Below, one piece after another: positions 12,576 through 25,800 of a stretch of DNA of 64,000 nucleotides (its first letter is position 1; every line of letters begins with the position of its first letter). Source of the stretch: Trypanosoma brucei (lineage: Eukaryota); NCBI GenBank assembly GCA_000002445.1, contig CP000067.1:64001-128000 (forward strand), read 5' to 3'. The position numbers and the translations under genes are program-made. The notes under the pieces were generated by a model. The model was not told where the DNA came from. It searched no databases and worked only from the letters and a program-made list of their open reading frames with translations.

Positions 12576-14294
12576 TTAATTCATCATCATATTTCTGATC
12601 ATCAGCGATAGGGCTTGACATTTGTATGATTCGACTCCTCCAACATTTCCTTTTACTCTTACAATCTTCACCAACTTGTTCATAACTTCATCGTTCCGCC
12701 AGTCAGCCGTGTGTTCAATAATATCATTATAGCAATATTTATCAGATTTCTTCATAGCTCTCAACGCATCATACACTCTTTTCAGATGCCACTCATAACA
12801 ACCTAAACCAAATATATAACGAGGCAGCGGTCCAATTAAATTAATGCGTCCCTCCACTATTTTCCACTCATCTTCAATTTCTCTCTTCAATTCGTATCTT
12901 CTTCTGTTGGACACCTTTTCTCCTGTATGTATTGACAGCTTTTTCCATGCCATAAATGCCTTCATGTCACGCACATCATCGCAGTTCATAATAATTTGGT
13001 GGCCTCCCTTATTTGCACTCCACTCATCAAAATGGGCACTTTTAGGGAAAGTGAGGAAAGTTACACTCCAAACATCAGAGGGAAGTTGAGTGTATAGTTT
13101 CTCCATTGCATACCTTGTGTCCATAATAATGTGTCCTCTGTTTTCAAATTTCATTTTATTTATGGCAGCAACGGCAGACTCCCAGCGTTCGTATTCATCA
13201 ACAGTCCCTCTTTCCTCACCCTCTCGGTTGTATATCAGGAAGGCAGCATCCTCCAAGAAATATGCAACAACATCAAGCATTCCTTCATTGAAGTGAAGCA
13301 GTGAATAAAATAAAAATGATCCAAGGCCACATGTTTTACCAATTCCAGACGTGCCAATAATAATATGTATTGGTGGACCCTCAGCTGTTGCTTCCATCCA
13401 CCATGCTTTCAGACCTCGTTGGATTATATACCACACGCGCATAATTTCACGACGGATATATACATGCTTGCAAATTGTCTTGCATCTCTCAGTGTAACCC
13501 AATACAAACCTGTTGTATGGCCAACCCTTCTCCGACGTAAGAACAAAAATCTCCAAACCATTGGATCCTTCCTTTACTCTTGCATCAAAATCGGCAGTTT
13601 TAGGAGTTATATTCAATTCTGCCTCCGTCCATATGCGCTGCGGCCTTCCATCGAATACCTTCATTCCAAGTGGCTCCGCATCATAACCCGACATCACATA
13701 ACTCCATTTCGCATTGTAAAAAGAATCGTAAACATCTCGACAACTTTTGACAGAAACACGCGGCAGAAACCATACTTCTGATTCCGTGACAGCATGTTGT
13801 ACTGCATTCAACCTTCCCCTTGCTACGGGGCTAATGGAGTTTTTCACTTCTGGAGTTGCACCGTTCACCCAATCGCTGATGGTAAAAATTTTTTCCTCAG
13901 AGAGATAAATATCTGCCCTCAGTAATTGAAACTCATCCGTATCCTGTATATCCTCAAGAATCTCGGCATCCTTAATATAATCTTCAGGATTCTTAACAAA
14001 CGTTTCCATTGACACATTCACTGTGTTATACGTGTTTGAGAAGCATTGATTCAAAAAGTCATGCAGATTCATTTTGGGCAATGTCGCATATTCTTCCAGC
14101 AAAAAATCCCTCACTGTACTGTTCATTTTCCAATCAGAAAATCTTTTATATCTCTGCGGCATCTGTGGAGGCTGAGCAGGAGGAGGTGCTACATTTTCAT
14201 CCCGTGGCCTCCTCATGGGCCCTTCAATGTTATTTGGCACTTGTGGGTTTGCGTTATTTCCTTGTGGAGCTGCGGGGCTATTGGCTCTTGACAT
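12576..14294 (-). CDS. RHS-like P-loop NTPase family protein, array edge copy 3 (572 aa). It has a bona fide ATG start and an 18-aa longer N-terminus (MSRANSPAAPQGNNANPQ...).
   Basis: ATG at 14292..14294 (plus-strand cat). Same P-loop motif. An internal segment is replaced relative to copies 1 and 2, and about a dozen scattered substitutions are present. Confidence 0.6.
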   Translation of the reverse strand: MSRANSPAAPQGNNANPQVPNNIEGPMRRPRDENVAPPPAQPPQMPQRYKRFSDWKMNSTVRDFLLEEYATLPKMNLHDFLNQCFSNTYNTVNVSMETFVKNPEDYIKDAEILEDIQDTDEFQLLRADIYLSEEKIFTISDWVNGATPEVKNSISPVARGRLNAVQHAVTESEVWFLPRVSVKSCRDVYDSFYNAKWSYVMSGYDAEPLGMKVFDGRPQRIWTEAELNITPKTADFDARVKEGSNGLEIFVLTSEKGWPYNRFVLGYTERCKTICKHVYIRREIMRVWYIIQRGLKAWWMEATAEGPPIHIIIGTSGIGKTCGLGSFLFYSLLHFNEGMLDVVAYFLEDAAFLIYNREGEERGTVDEYERWESAVAAINKMKFENRGHIIMDTRYAMEKLYTQLPSDVWSVTFLTFPKSAHFDEWSANKGGHQIIMNCDDVRDMKAFMAWKKLSIHTGEKVSNRRRYELKREIEDEWKIVEGRINLIGPLPRYIFGLGCYEWHLKRVYDALRAMKKSDKYCYNDIIEHTADWRNDEVMNKLVKIVRVKGNVGGVESYKCQALSLMIRNMMMN

Positions 14295-16501
14295 GTCTCT
14301 TATTATAACAATAATAATAATTATTATTAACTTAACTTAACTTCTATTACTTTCCTGATAATAAAAATAACTAACTAACGTAATGCATATTGTTGCGGTG
14401 GTTGATAAAGAATAGGAGGAGGTGGTAAAATAGAAAAGTAAAAGGGGATGAATAGCACTCACGTACGCAACACCGGTTATGTTGTGTCTCCCTCTTCGTC
14501 CTCTCAATTCAAGTTAGCAAAACAGAAACACGCACAAACACACACACATATATATATGTGAAACCTTACATTCAAATATAAGAAATTATAATATGGAATG
14601 TTATGCATCATTAGTTGTCACTACTTATTGCATAAAATAATAGAAAAATTAATTGCATCACGTGTATGTTTCTTTAGTGCCTCCTCTAAGAGGGAAAACT
14701 AAAGTGGTAACATTTGTCTGTTTAGTTTGTGTAAACTTCATATAAACTAACATACGGAAATAAAAAAATTAATAATAGACAGCTAATTAAGAAACGCGTC
14801 ATCGCATCACATTCCTTTAATAACTAACGAGAGAAAAAAAAATAGTAGGGTTTTCACAATAATGGATGTTAAAAGATTATGTGTAACAAAATTAAATGAT
14901 ACCCTATTTACTTTTTCGATAATATTCACTGGTAATATAAATCATACAATTTCAAGCACTGAAGGCAAAAGGTCCACAGGCTACATATTCATCATGTCAC
15001 ATGTGTCCGTATACCCTGTTAAACAACTTTCGTTCACTCACTCAATCATAGTCAATGCTTCATAAACAAAGTACGTCTTTTATTATGATCTGAAGGGAAA
15101 CTTATTATTATTATTTTTATTAAATTGTCTCGTTCACAATTCATATCCATTTCCCTCCATTCCACAACTTATACATGGACGTTTTTGAGAATGCTACCTG
15201 GAGTGCAGTGTGCAATTTATTAACAGTGAAAACAAAAAAAAAACATTTAGAAACTAGCGGTTCTCACTGCGGAAGAGCAACTGCAACAACAACAAAACAT
15301 CTTCCGCCTTTGGGTTTTGACAAATCAAAAGTGTATATTAGGACTGAATTAATAAAATACCTCATATTCCCTTTGTATGTTCTCATTTGGTTGTCATTTA
15401 AACTACGGGTTCCGTTGTAGCATATACATCGCTGAATTTTAAAATATATATATTTCGCTTCAACAAATAGTAACAACTATCGTGCTGGAAGGGACAATAA
15501 GTTAATGTATTTTTTTTTTGTTTTCCACATTCGTGGTACAGTGTTTGACCTCATCTCCTCTCTTCCTCGTGGAGCTGAGTTCACCAGATGCCGTGGCATT
15601 CACAATATTTTGTACGCACGAACTTTACCTGAAAATAATAAAGGAATGAAAATGATAATTCGCCGCTTCAAGATAATGCGAGTGCAGACACGACAAAAAC
15701 TACCGCTGCGCCTCAAAAAGGCACATCACGGCGTGGAGCCTTTAATGCAGTTTCTGTCAAATTTATCGTTAACGTTATTTCTTTCTTTCCATGGGGGTGG
15801 CGTGGCGATGCCGGATGTCGCTATCGTATGCATCATGGGGCAGCAGCTGCTGAGGGAGATAGAGAGGAAAAAAACGTATTTTTTTTTGTTCATTGCATTG
15901 AGCTTTACTGCCATTCGCTGACGATCCATTTCGATCATTCCAAATCGTGTGTTGCAGTAAATCTTAAGCGATTATAATAATATCGCATCCACGGTATGTT
16001 TTACACTGAAAAGAATAAACCACACCTGCGCTTAACATGCTCGCGGCTCCCTCCCCTCCATCATCCATGTTTACTACATTGTATTTCAACTGCAAACTAA
16101 TTGCCTAACTACTGAAGTGTTTGAGCAATGCGCCACCACACAAAAACAGAAAAGTGCTATGGAGGCGCTTGCATTTTAGTTGGACACAAATTGTCTCACT
16201 TTCAAATTCTGCAAGCGCACACACACGCAGATACACATAAAACATACGTATTCTTTCCAACACTTTTTGGAGGCACCTAAAGAAAAGTTATGATACAAAG
16301 GAATTACCGGGTCACATGAAAGAGTGCATAAATTGAAGTGCAAACAATGTTTCAACAGTAGAAATCGATACTTTTTTTTTTGCTGCTATCGTTAAAGGTG
16401 AAGTCGAACAAGATAACGACACGCAACCCATCGTGATACTGCGGCCCTTTGTTATTATTTATTATGTACCGGTGTCCTTACGTTGACAAGAGAAAGCGTT
16501 T

Positions 16502-16528
16502 CCCCCCCCTTTTTTTTGGGGGGGGAGA
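16502..16528. repeat. Homopolymer palindrome C9-T10-G8 (a potential hairpin with a C:G stem and T loop).
   Basis: Read directly: tccccccccc tttttttttt gggggggg at 16501..16528, in the non-coding gap between the RHS-like array and the HECT gene's 3' end. Confidence 0.8.
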
Positions 16529-16880
16529 GGAGTTAATGGGGGACTCCACAAGACTCAGTAGCTTTAATGGCGCAACTATAATCTTACATTCCAACAACCG
16601 CCGCCGTGAGGGCGGAGTCACTGACAAAAAAGCATGATTTGCACATGAATGGCAGTTGAGGTCTTTGCCACGACTCTTTACCTTGCACATACGCTCCAAA
16701 CAAAAAAAAAAATCACCACCCCCTTAGCTATTGCAACACTCGCTAAAGTCGTTAAACCATACAAAGATGTATAGAAGGCACATATTGCCATACAGATGTG
16801 GTTTCATGCTTTAATCGAATGAAATTCACGCTCTTCATATAATGATGAAAAGGCGCTCTCCCCCGTTTACTGCGATGCAA

Positions 16881-19800
16881 TTAGGCGTCCAAAACAATGT
16901 GCTCTTGTGCTAGCCCGTCAGTATCGATGGCTTCACAGTGCCGGATGGCATACAAAATCCGGTCACGCATAACATCAATTGAACTGTAGGCGGGTATACG
17001 GAGTGTAAAGAAACAAGTATTACTGGTTGGAAGGGAGTCACGGGTCCCTCCCCTTTTAACTTTGATGTTTTCCTTGAGCGGCAGCCTTGTTTGTCCCGTT
17101 GTAAAGCGGAGAAGCAGCATCCGGTCTTTATCACACATAGTTTCAATAACTTCGTCAAACATTTGTGAATCGTTTGAGGGGAGAGAGACCTCACAAACGT
17201 CACGCAGTGCTTGACAAGATAACTTAGGCGTCCCACAAATGATCAACTCCACTTGCTGCCAGCGGAAGGCATTGAGTGTGTACAAGGGGATTACTTGACC
17301 GAACCCATGCCGAATATGGCTGATCACCACATCATACTTGTGAACTTCGATGGAGGCAATATGTTCTGCGAGTATTCCCGCAGTACGAAGATCCACAGGC
17401 GGCAATTCCTCCCGCATTCTAAGGTGAGAATTTTCACTACAGAATCTCAACCAACTCTCCTGTAGGCCTGGAAATCTCTCCTCCAGCTCCTCAGCCGTCC
17501 GCTCTGCTAACGCCTCCGGTGTTAATTGCCTCATTATGTCACGATCCATGGCCCTCAGGTCACGCAGTGATGTTTCCTCGCTAAGTAAGAGTTTCCAAAA
17601 CAGTGGTGGAAACTCCACGGCGAGGAGATCTTTGGTAATAAAACACGCTGCGAGAAACTTCCCGAAAAACTCGAACATGGGAAACAGCTGAAATTCAAGA
17701 GCCATTGTTGCATTTGGCATCACGGCCAACTGCCCATCACAACCGCAGTCCTTAAAGAGGGGATTCTGTTGGAATTTCCCGCTTGGGTGTGTTGACATAA
17801 TCTCTGTCGCAAGCTGTGATAGAATATCGCGGTAAGGTCCCCCCACGTCCGTAGATCCAAAACCGGCAAGCTTTACGGTGAACATGGGCGAGACATAGAA
17901 GATAGAAATCGGACTTCGCTGAAGCTGCGCGAACAACTGTCCGAACACGGAACGCATTAGCGTTGGGTAAAAACCGTAGCGCACAGAGGCCCGGGCGTGC
18001 ATTGTATGAATGGTAACTTTCCCTTTGTGCCCCGTGCGATTTCTGAAAGGCCGCATTGTCTCATTTTGGATTTTTTTTGAAGACTCTGCAGAGCAAAGGC
18101 TCTTAAGCTTCTTCCACATTTCAAAAAGTTCTGTGCTGCGCCGAATGTCAACTACCACAGAAAAAACAGCCGTCAGTGTATCAAATATTTGTAGACGCTT
18201 AACATATGGTACGAGCCGCTCAATCGGAACATCGTTCCCCAGGACGTCAGCACCAAGGAAGGACAACAAGTGAGTATATTCCACTAAATCATGGGAAGGA
18301 ACAGTCAACGACGCATCACCGTTAGGGGAAACAAGCAACTTCTCTGATATCGAAAAGGTTTGACAAAACAGGGACAATTCAGCATAAAATTCGAACGATT
18401 GCGCGACAACCTCCGTGTCGAGGCGATGGGGATGTTCCTGGAACCTGCTGTAGAGTTGGGACACGTCCATACCAGTAGATGCTTCAGTGAGAAGTTGCTC
18501 ACCATGAAACGTTGCGTCTTCCCTTCTTTCCGCGAAGAACACCGGAAGTGCCAACATTTCGTTAGGAAATGTCTCAAATCGAGTAGTTGTTTCATTTTTC
18601 GACTCCCTCTGGAGATTAAATATAACGGCTTGCTCATGATATAAACACGTTACCAGAACAATGTCGCCACCTTTTGCTCTCACTTGCAATGGCTGCGATT
18701 CTTTTTTACGGCTTAGACAAAGATGTATCTTTCCATTTGGCTTTATGAGGTAACCACATGACGGTAACAAAGTGCTGGCCGACGACTGATCCTTATCTGA
18801 CGTACCTGCTGCTAGGGAACCCGGTAGTGAAGCATCCATGTTCCATCCAACGACAACATTTCCACATCGTGCAGAGTTCAAAACTACTTCGAATTTTTTC
18901 GAACCGAATGTACATCGAAACGTTTGGGAGAAGACACCGTAACAGCTACAGTACCCCTCGGGTGATGTTGGGCCGGTCAGTAGCTCAAAGCTGATACGGT
19001 GTGACTCCTGTTGCCCTCGCGTGAAAGCCTCGGGTAAAGGCCGTGGTGGTTTGGATGTAACCGCTTCGATGGCCAACTTCGTGCAAATGACAATGGCATA
19101 CGGTACACAACTCTGCCTCCCAGGAGCTGGTAAACTGGGTCGCTCCAGTTGATAACGCTGCAGAAGCTCACTCACCAGCAATATACCCAACTGTACAAAC
19201 GTACAGGACATCTTCCCCCTCTGACACATGCTACTTATCACAGCTAGAAGTGGAGCAAGTGATGCGCAAAGGGCTTCATGTGATGGCAGCGGGCAATTGC
19301 TCATTTTAAGCAACTGAAGCACGCATCGCAGAGCAACATTTCTTACCGCACGTACATGTGCCGTTGCGGTGCGAAGCAATAAAAGCATCAATGTTGATCC
19401 GAATGATGTCGACAGAAGATGGATGACGCCATCAAGGCTGAGCGACACATAAATGAGGTTGACGCTAACTTCCACGTTTTCTGCACTTTGCGCAGCGAAT
19501 GGCGCCGCAAGGCATGCGTAAGCGGCCGCAAGCAGAAAAAATGAGGATCTGCGGACCTCCGCCCGAACCAAAGCAGTGAGGGAGGACAAATCATTCCGCA
19601 GTGTAGTGTACGGAAGCAGATGTTGTAGTGTCTTGAGTGTATCCGATGAATTGCAACTCATGATGACGGTACCAATCAGTTTCTTCGCATACGACACCAT
19701 GGCCTCTTCAACTTGTGGTATAAGACTCGACTCACCACCACTTTGAATTCCTATAGCTGGTGTATTCCATGAGTGCTGACCGAGAGACCCCATCCCCTGC

Positions 19801-22800
19801 GAAACATTGGGTGAGATGCGGTCAATCATCAGTTGGGTCCATATTGTATCCATTGCACTGCGTTGAACGGGTGAATCTTCCTTGTGCAACACACGCCAAT
19901 GCACGACTTTGACGGAAGTACCGGGAGCAGAGAGCGTAAATGAAAGCTGCATATCTGCCGGGCAGTCCCTCCCTTGTAACACTTCGTATACCGTCTCCCC
20001 GTTCACCACCACAAGAGCGCGTTTCGCCCAGGGTATAACGCGAATGTAAAGTCGAACACATTTGACGGAAGATGTCGGCAATATGAGCGATTCACCATGA
20101 ACAGGAATTATCGGGATGGGTACGTCCACAAACCAAGCTGTTGGGGGATGTTGAAAAGTAACCCGCGCGGGAAACTGCACGGAGGTACACACCAGGAGCT
20201 CTATCTCATGTAACTTGAGTCCCTCGATCACTGGTTTTGTCACGGTGCACGATTGTGGGCCAATACTTGAGACGTGTTGAACACAACCGTTTGAAATCGT
20301 GACGTGTTGTGGAGAAGCTGAGAATGTCACCTCTTCCTCTACCCACGGTTGTTGTCGCTGAAACTTCAGCAGCAAACGGCGTCGGTGGTTTTGCCTTTCC
20401 AAGATTGGTGACAAGTCACGTTCGGCATCCTCCTTTGTCTGGGGTACATCACAAAAAGGTAAAGATACTGCGGAGACATCGCTACGGTAAGTGACGCAAG
20501 AAGCAACTGAAAACTTTGGTGTTTCATGGGGTACCGCGCAGCACTTGAGAGCGAATCCGTTAAAGAGAAGGTTGTGCTCAAGCGGCACACTTGTATCATA
20601 GGAGAAAACGGCAGTGTCATCCTCAAACTGAGTAAAATCGCAGTTGTAGCTCCTCGCGTTTACGAAGACACTAAGGGGGAAAATATCTTCGCAAGTTGGA
20701 ACAGGGCCGTAAACCAAAAATAGCGCCGCCTGCGAGAGATCGTCCTGTAATTTTTTAACTATCCGGTATCCACCGTCCTCTAATGAAGTTACACAACGTC
20801 CCAACTCATCCACATAAATAAAGATGTGCTTCTTTCCGTCTAATGACTCGACCTTAGAAAGGTCCTCTCCGTCAGTGCCCTCCGACGAACTCACAAAAAG
20901 CGAGGAGCCCTGTACACTGCTTATCTCCTTTACGGAAACTATGCATGACGTCCGAATCGGATCTGACACCCACCAAAAAAAATCACCTTCAGTGGTGAGA
21001 CGATCCGTGACTGCACACTGGTTACAGATCCGTCTGTTGAACTGAAGTTTGCTGCTTTGCATGTGCGGGGGGTTTAAGCTTCCTAAAGACAGGTAACGGC
21101 CGCAGATAACTCCGCGGAGATCATCCTCCAGTTGCCTCCAGGCAGGCGAGTCATCGAATGATACTCTAGAAACAGTCTCCCACTGCACCCATTCCATTCT
21201 GGTTCCTCCGAGAAAAATAAGCCGTTGTTCGCCGCTTTCACAAAGGATTAAACCACGCCCTAACGATTCGACCGTTACGGGCCCTCCGACAGGTCGATTA
21301 AATTGGAGATCTCTCGCGTTTACGCGTTGGCATAGGTAACTCCGATAACCGCATGACTGCGATGGAATCGTGTACGTAATTCCTCCATGAAGAAGCTGCT
21401 TCTCCTTCTGAATGCTTGAAAATGGTAGCGTACATGTAGTTACCCTCCCCGCCGTAATTCCAATATATTTATCCTCCAAAGCAACATTTGACAACCCTGG
21501 TCTTCCGTCCTCCGACACTGTGTAGAACATGATACTACTGTGGTTTGTGGTATGAAGAAAGAAAGCCACATGCTCCCCTGGAGAGATGGTTATAGACTCA
21601 AACCCCTCTACTTTCGCTTCAACGCCTCGTGCAAGCTCCATATCCCTTCGCATGACAACTTGCCACTCACCGCCTTGCTCTTCAACTCCTCTGAAAGTCC
21701 CATTACGCATAAAGAGAGTTACGGTCGCGGTAGATGTTGTGTCAGAGACAAAATACACCTTTACAATGTTCACCTTATTTCGTTTCGCAATAACATCAAA
21801 CATAATCCCGCTGCACGAGTTACCAGGAATGCACGCTTGGCGGCCCGTTTGAAGAAATATTGTCTCCTCTCCGGCACTCTTTTTGGCATCGTCTGCAAAC
21901 TCCCTTAGTTGATCAAGAATGTATGAAATTGTCATATTACCCTTTTCCAGCATGCCTGCAGCGGACCGGAAACCTTCCTCACATATTAGAAAGGTGCTGA
22001 ACATACGAAGGAGTTGGGCACAGCTCCACAAATCACCCTTCATATCACGTGTTCCTTGTCGCTGAAGCTGTGGGGAGGCGAAATGATCGTATCGACGTAA
22101 GGTATAAACATTCCAAACTGCGCATGTGACCGTGGCTCCTCGGCCAGTTTTCACATACACATTTTTCGGGTGGATGTTGCCGTGGATTAGAGAATGCAGG
22201 TGCCAGTGCTCCAACGCGGCAAGGAGGGACATAACAATGGATTTCTGTTGTTGTTTGGAGAATCTTTCCATGTCTAAGGAGTTAAGAGTGCCGTCAAACC
22301 AGCCATGCGTAATAACACCAAAACTTTTTGAGGAGTCCAATGACTGCATTATGTCCTCTTGGTACATTACACACGGATGCTTTGTTACTACGTTAAAGGA
22401 CGTAACAGTTATTTCGGGGTCATCATGGCTAAATATGTGCAGTGTTCGCTTGCTTGTTGTGTTGTCGTCAAAATATAGTAAACGAACCATAGAGCTTCCA
22501 CCGACCCTACCAATAACCTCGTATGCGCTAGGCAACCGTATAAAAGTGTCCCCTTCATCTGCGGTTCCAGGAATGAAAACGTGCGGTTTATCCAGCGGTG
22601 ACGACAAAGCATCCACTACCCTCCGAACCGCAGTTTGACCGCAAAATTCCTCAAGCTTTTTGTCCTCAACTCGAATCATCTCACGCGAAAAAGCACCCAC
22701 CTCCGCGAGTTGCTTAAGAGCATTTGACAATCTGTAAGCAAGTTTCGAGTTCCCGCAATGGTCACACCAAATGAGTTCAATGGCAGTCACACGATCTGAA

Positions 22801-25800
22801 GGTAGACTGTAGAGTACATGTCGAAGTACGGTGTACGTTGAAACCACTACGCGGAACGGTATTCGGCGAAGAATAGTCGGTGTTATTGGGTGTGATGCCA
22901 GCACCACGGAAGGTGGTGCTCTAAACTTTCCGGCTCCCAATGCACCACCGTAAAAGGTAGCAAGCGTGGCGGACGCATTAGCATGGTCCAAACGAACAAA
23001 GGGAGACACGCTCAGATTGGAAGGTATATTGTGAAAGACAACCCTTGGGGACTCATTGTTACGTGCTAAAGAAAGGGTTCCATTGTCACGATCAAGAAGA
23101 AAATGCAACTTTGTTCCCGCAAGAAACATCGTGTTGCCTGACGAGTCAATAGGGGGAATTCGTTCCTGTGTGGGTAAAGAGTCGCCGTCGAGAACATCTT
23201 GCACTATCCAAACCTGGTCAACTTGCTCACGAAGTTTCACGAAGTGCGGCTCCAGCTGGTCGAAGGTCGATACCACAATTCCAGCAAAGTGCCCAGAACC
23301 AAGTGAATCACCTCCGGCACGGTCACTGCGGGTTATTTGCACAACAAATCCCGACAAACCAACTGTTGGAAGTGGGGACCCAATCACTGCTTGCCCGGAT
23401 GCATCATTACAGCTTGCCGTGCGACCTTTGTTCGAAATGACTACTTTGGACGGATTACACAAAGTCCACACGGGGGTGTATTCCACAACACCCTCAGACC
23501 AGCTCCTTGATCTTGTGGATATGCCTCTGTCGATCACCTCTCGTGGTGAATGGAGGTAGAGGCTAGTAGGATGAGGCCCTACGTTCATAACTGCTATCTT
23601 CGGTGAAATCCCCTTCAACGACGAGCCAACGTGCTCCCTGTATGAGACATGGCAGCGAACGTTGTCATCCTCATCGTACACGACAAAATCGTTATCAGCT
23701 GTGAATGCGAGAGTAAGTTCTTCGTCACGTGCGAGGCTGAAGCTGCGGTGAATCACACTGTTTCGACTCCCTTCCCAGTTTATCTTAAAAATAGGTCTAA
23801 ACAGTTGGACGAGCACTTCCAAAAAGAAAACATTGGCACTTGTCGCAGACACTGCCCCCAGCTTCCAGAAGCGTGGCTTATTCACTGGCCAGGCACCTGT
23901 GCTGAACACTCCCTCAAGCTCGCATGCTTCGCTTGGTTTCAATTCTACTGTGTCATACCCCCCTGCCCAGCGCCACGGATGTGACACCGAACTCATGAAA
24001 GGCGTAGGTGGTGGGAACGTCATCTCACAAATTGAGAGACGCAAACAGTCACAACCCCTTCTCTTAACGAAGAAGCAATACTGCGAGGGAGCAAACACTC
24101 CTAACTGCTCGTGAAGCGGTCCTCCGTGAGCTGCGTAATATGTTGCAGGTTCGTAGAGGATATCCTGCTCGATATCATCACCAAAAACAATGTGCAAAGA
24201 GACTTGCAACAGTTTGGGGCGTGATTTGCTGCTTAAACGTAGTGGAAGATCGGTGACGAACGCAACTCCCCAGGAGTCCCCGAGGGGAGTAAACAAAAGG
24301 GAGACAAACGCAGCCAGATTTTCATTATATACAAAGGGACAGGCAAAGCTGCAGCACTTTTCGTTCCATCCGTCTTCGTGAAGAAGCTCCGGTGATAACA
24401 TGTATTCTACGCTACCTGAATCCAGCGCTCTACCCGAAATCGAGTCGTGCCTCCTTGCTTTGATAATTCTATCAGCGGCAAAATTTGTCGACCTTGTGTG
24501 GCGCACCAAAGACGATGCACACGCGCTGCCAGCATCAAAGGACAAGTTCCACCGTTGAGCAATGTACCGTGCTAATATGCTAATCAGATGTTCTTCCTCC
24601 CTTAAAGCAGGAAAATGGACAGTTCCTGTCGCCTGGCATACGCTTTCGACAGCAAAGGGTTGGTGGCACCAGCCACACTCAATAACAGGAACTAAACAAT
24701 CTACTGGTACCGTGACACAGACGGGAGTACCACCCCTACCAACCTCTACCGCGACTTGGGATTTAATATCGGGATCACTGACTAGACGCACCAGCTCCCC
24801 GGCGGAAAACTCCCCTGACCCCAGTGCGATGACAGCAAGATCTCCCTTGCACAGCGAATTGAAGTATGCCACACCATTCACACCAAACGGTAGTGTCACA
24901 ACACCATCACCCAAGGCGTCTGTAAGATTCCCGTTTACCACACCACTCAACAGATCTTCAGATATTTCTTGCCTACCAACGTTTCCCGGTCGCGCCTTCA
25001 CAAGCTTTCCAAGGGATTCAATCACACCAGTATCTTCAAAGGGTTGCGTAACCGAAAACGGCCCGCTGGCAAAAGCCACTAGCGCTGTCAGAAGGCGCGT
25101 AATGACAAACCCCTGTACTGCGGGGAAAACAGCCATGTTACGTCCCAGTAAGCGCCGTTGAACAATAAGACGGTAGGTGACACGCCCACGAAAGGCACGA
25201 GGTTCTGATGGTATCTCCAAGAAAGGTACAATCCCCTCGCTTTTCTTTCCAACATAAATTGTCAAAACCCCGTCGCTCTCGAATTCGTCGCCCACATCGC
25301 CAACGTGCCCATCGCTGCTGTTATAAAACCGGACTCCACAGCTGGATGTTGTGTTGACATACAAAGCGTACATCTGATTCGCCCGCAGTTGAAGATTGAG
25401 TGGACCCGGAGAAAAGGTCTGCTTATCTGCCAGGTAAAGGTACCGAGTTGCGACCTCTTTCCATTTTGAAGGGACCTTTTCAGCGCCCTTCATACTTCCC
25501 TCCTTCCAGAAAACTCTGACATTTATGTTATCCGCTGTTGTTTGAGAAATGCAGAATATTTCTTCCAACAACACATCCTGCTTGCTGCGGATGTCGAACA
25601 TGATGCCGTTGTATGATGCTGAATTGTTTTGGCTGAGATGCCCACCCGTCGATATAGCGGAAAGAACCTCTGACACGCTCATGGGGTTTGCAGGTACGGC
25701 AAGAATATTACCCACAAGTCCTCGGACAGAGAAAAAGGTATTGCTTACACAGTGACCCTGCTCGCTGCAGGTAAAAAAACATCGTATCCGCTCCCTTCCT

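Larger units (their letters stand above)
1..14290. repeat. Tandem array of a ~5.43 kb unit. Partial unit 1..3455, full unit 3456..8890, full unit 8891..14290 (33 nt shorter internally). The array probably continues left of the window.
   Basis: Gene stop codons recur at 1711, 7146 and 12576 and small-ORF coordinates at 575, 6004 and 11439, giving a period of 5429-5435 bp. Window position 1 aligns to about 5431 of the next unit. Units 1 and 2 are near-identical (one amino-acid difference in 565). Unit 3 is more diverged, and sequence right of 14290 is unique. Confidence 0.9.

Noticed and set aside
14291-16880. Possible protein-coding gene in the 2.6 kb gap between the array and the HECT gene (track ORFs 15175..15420, 15505..15921, 16478..16699 and others).
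   Set aside because: No minus-strand ORF over 75 aa. The plus-strand ORFs are short, low-complexity and on the wrong strand for this unit. The region is more likely a long 3'UTR or intergenic spacer.
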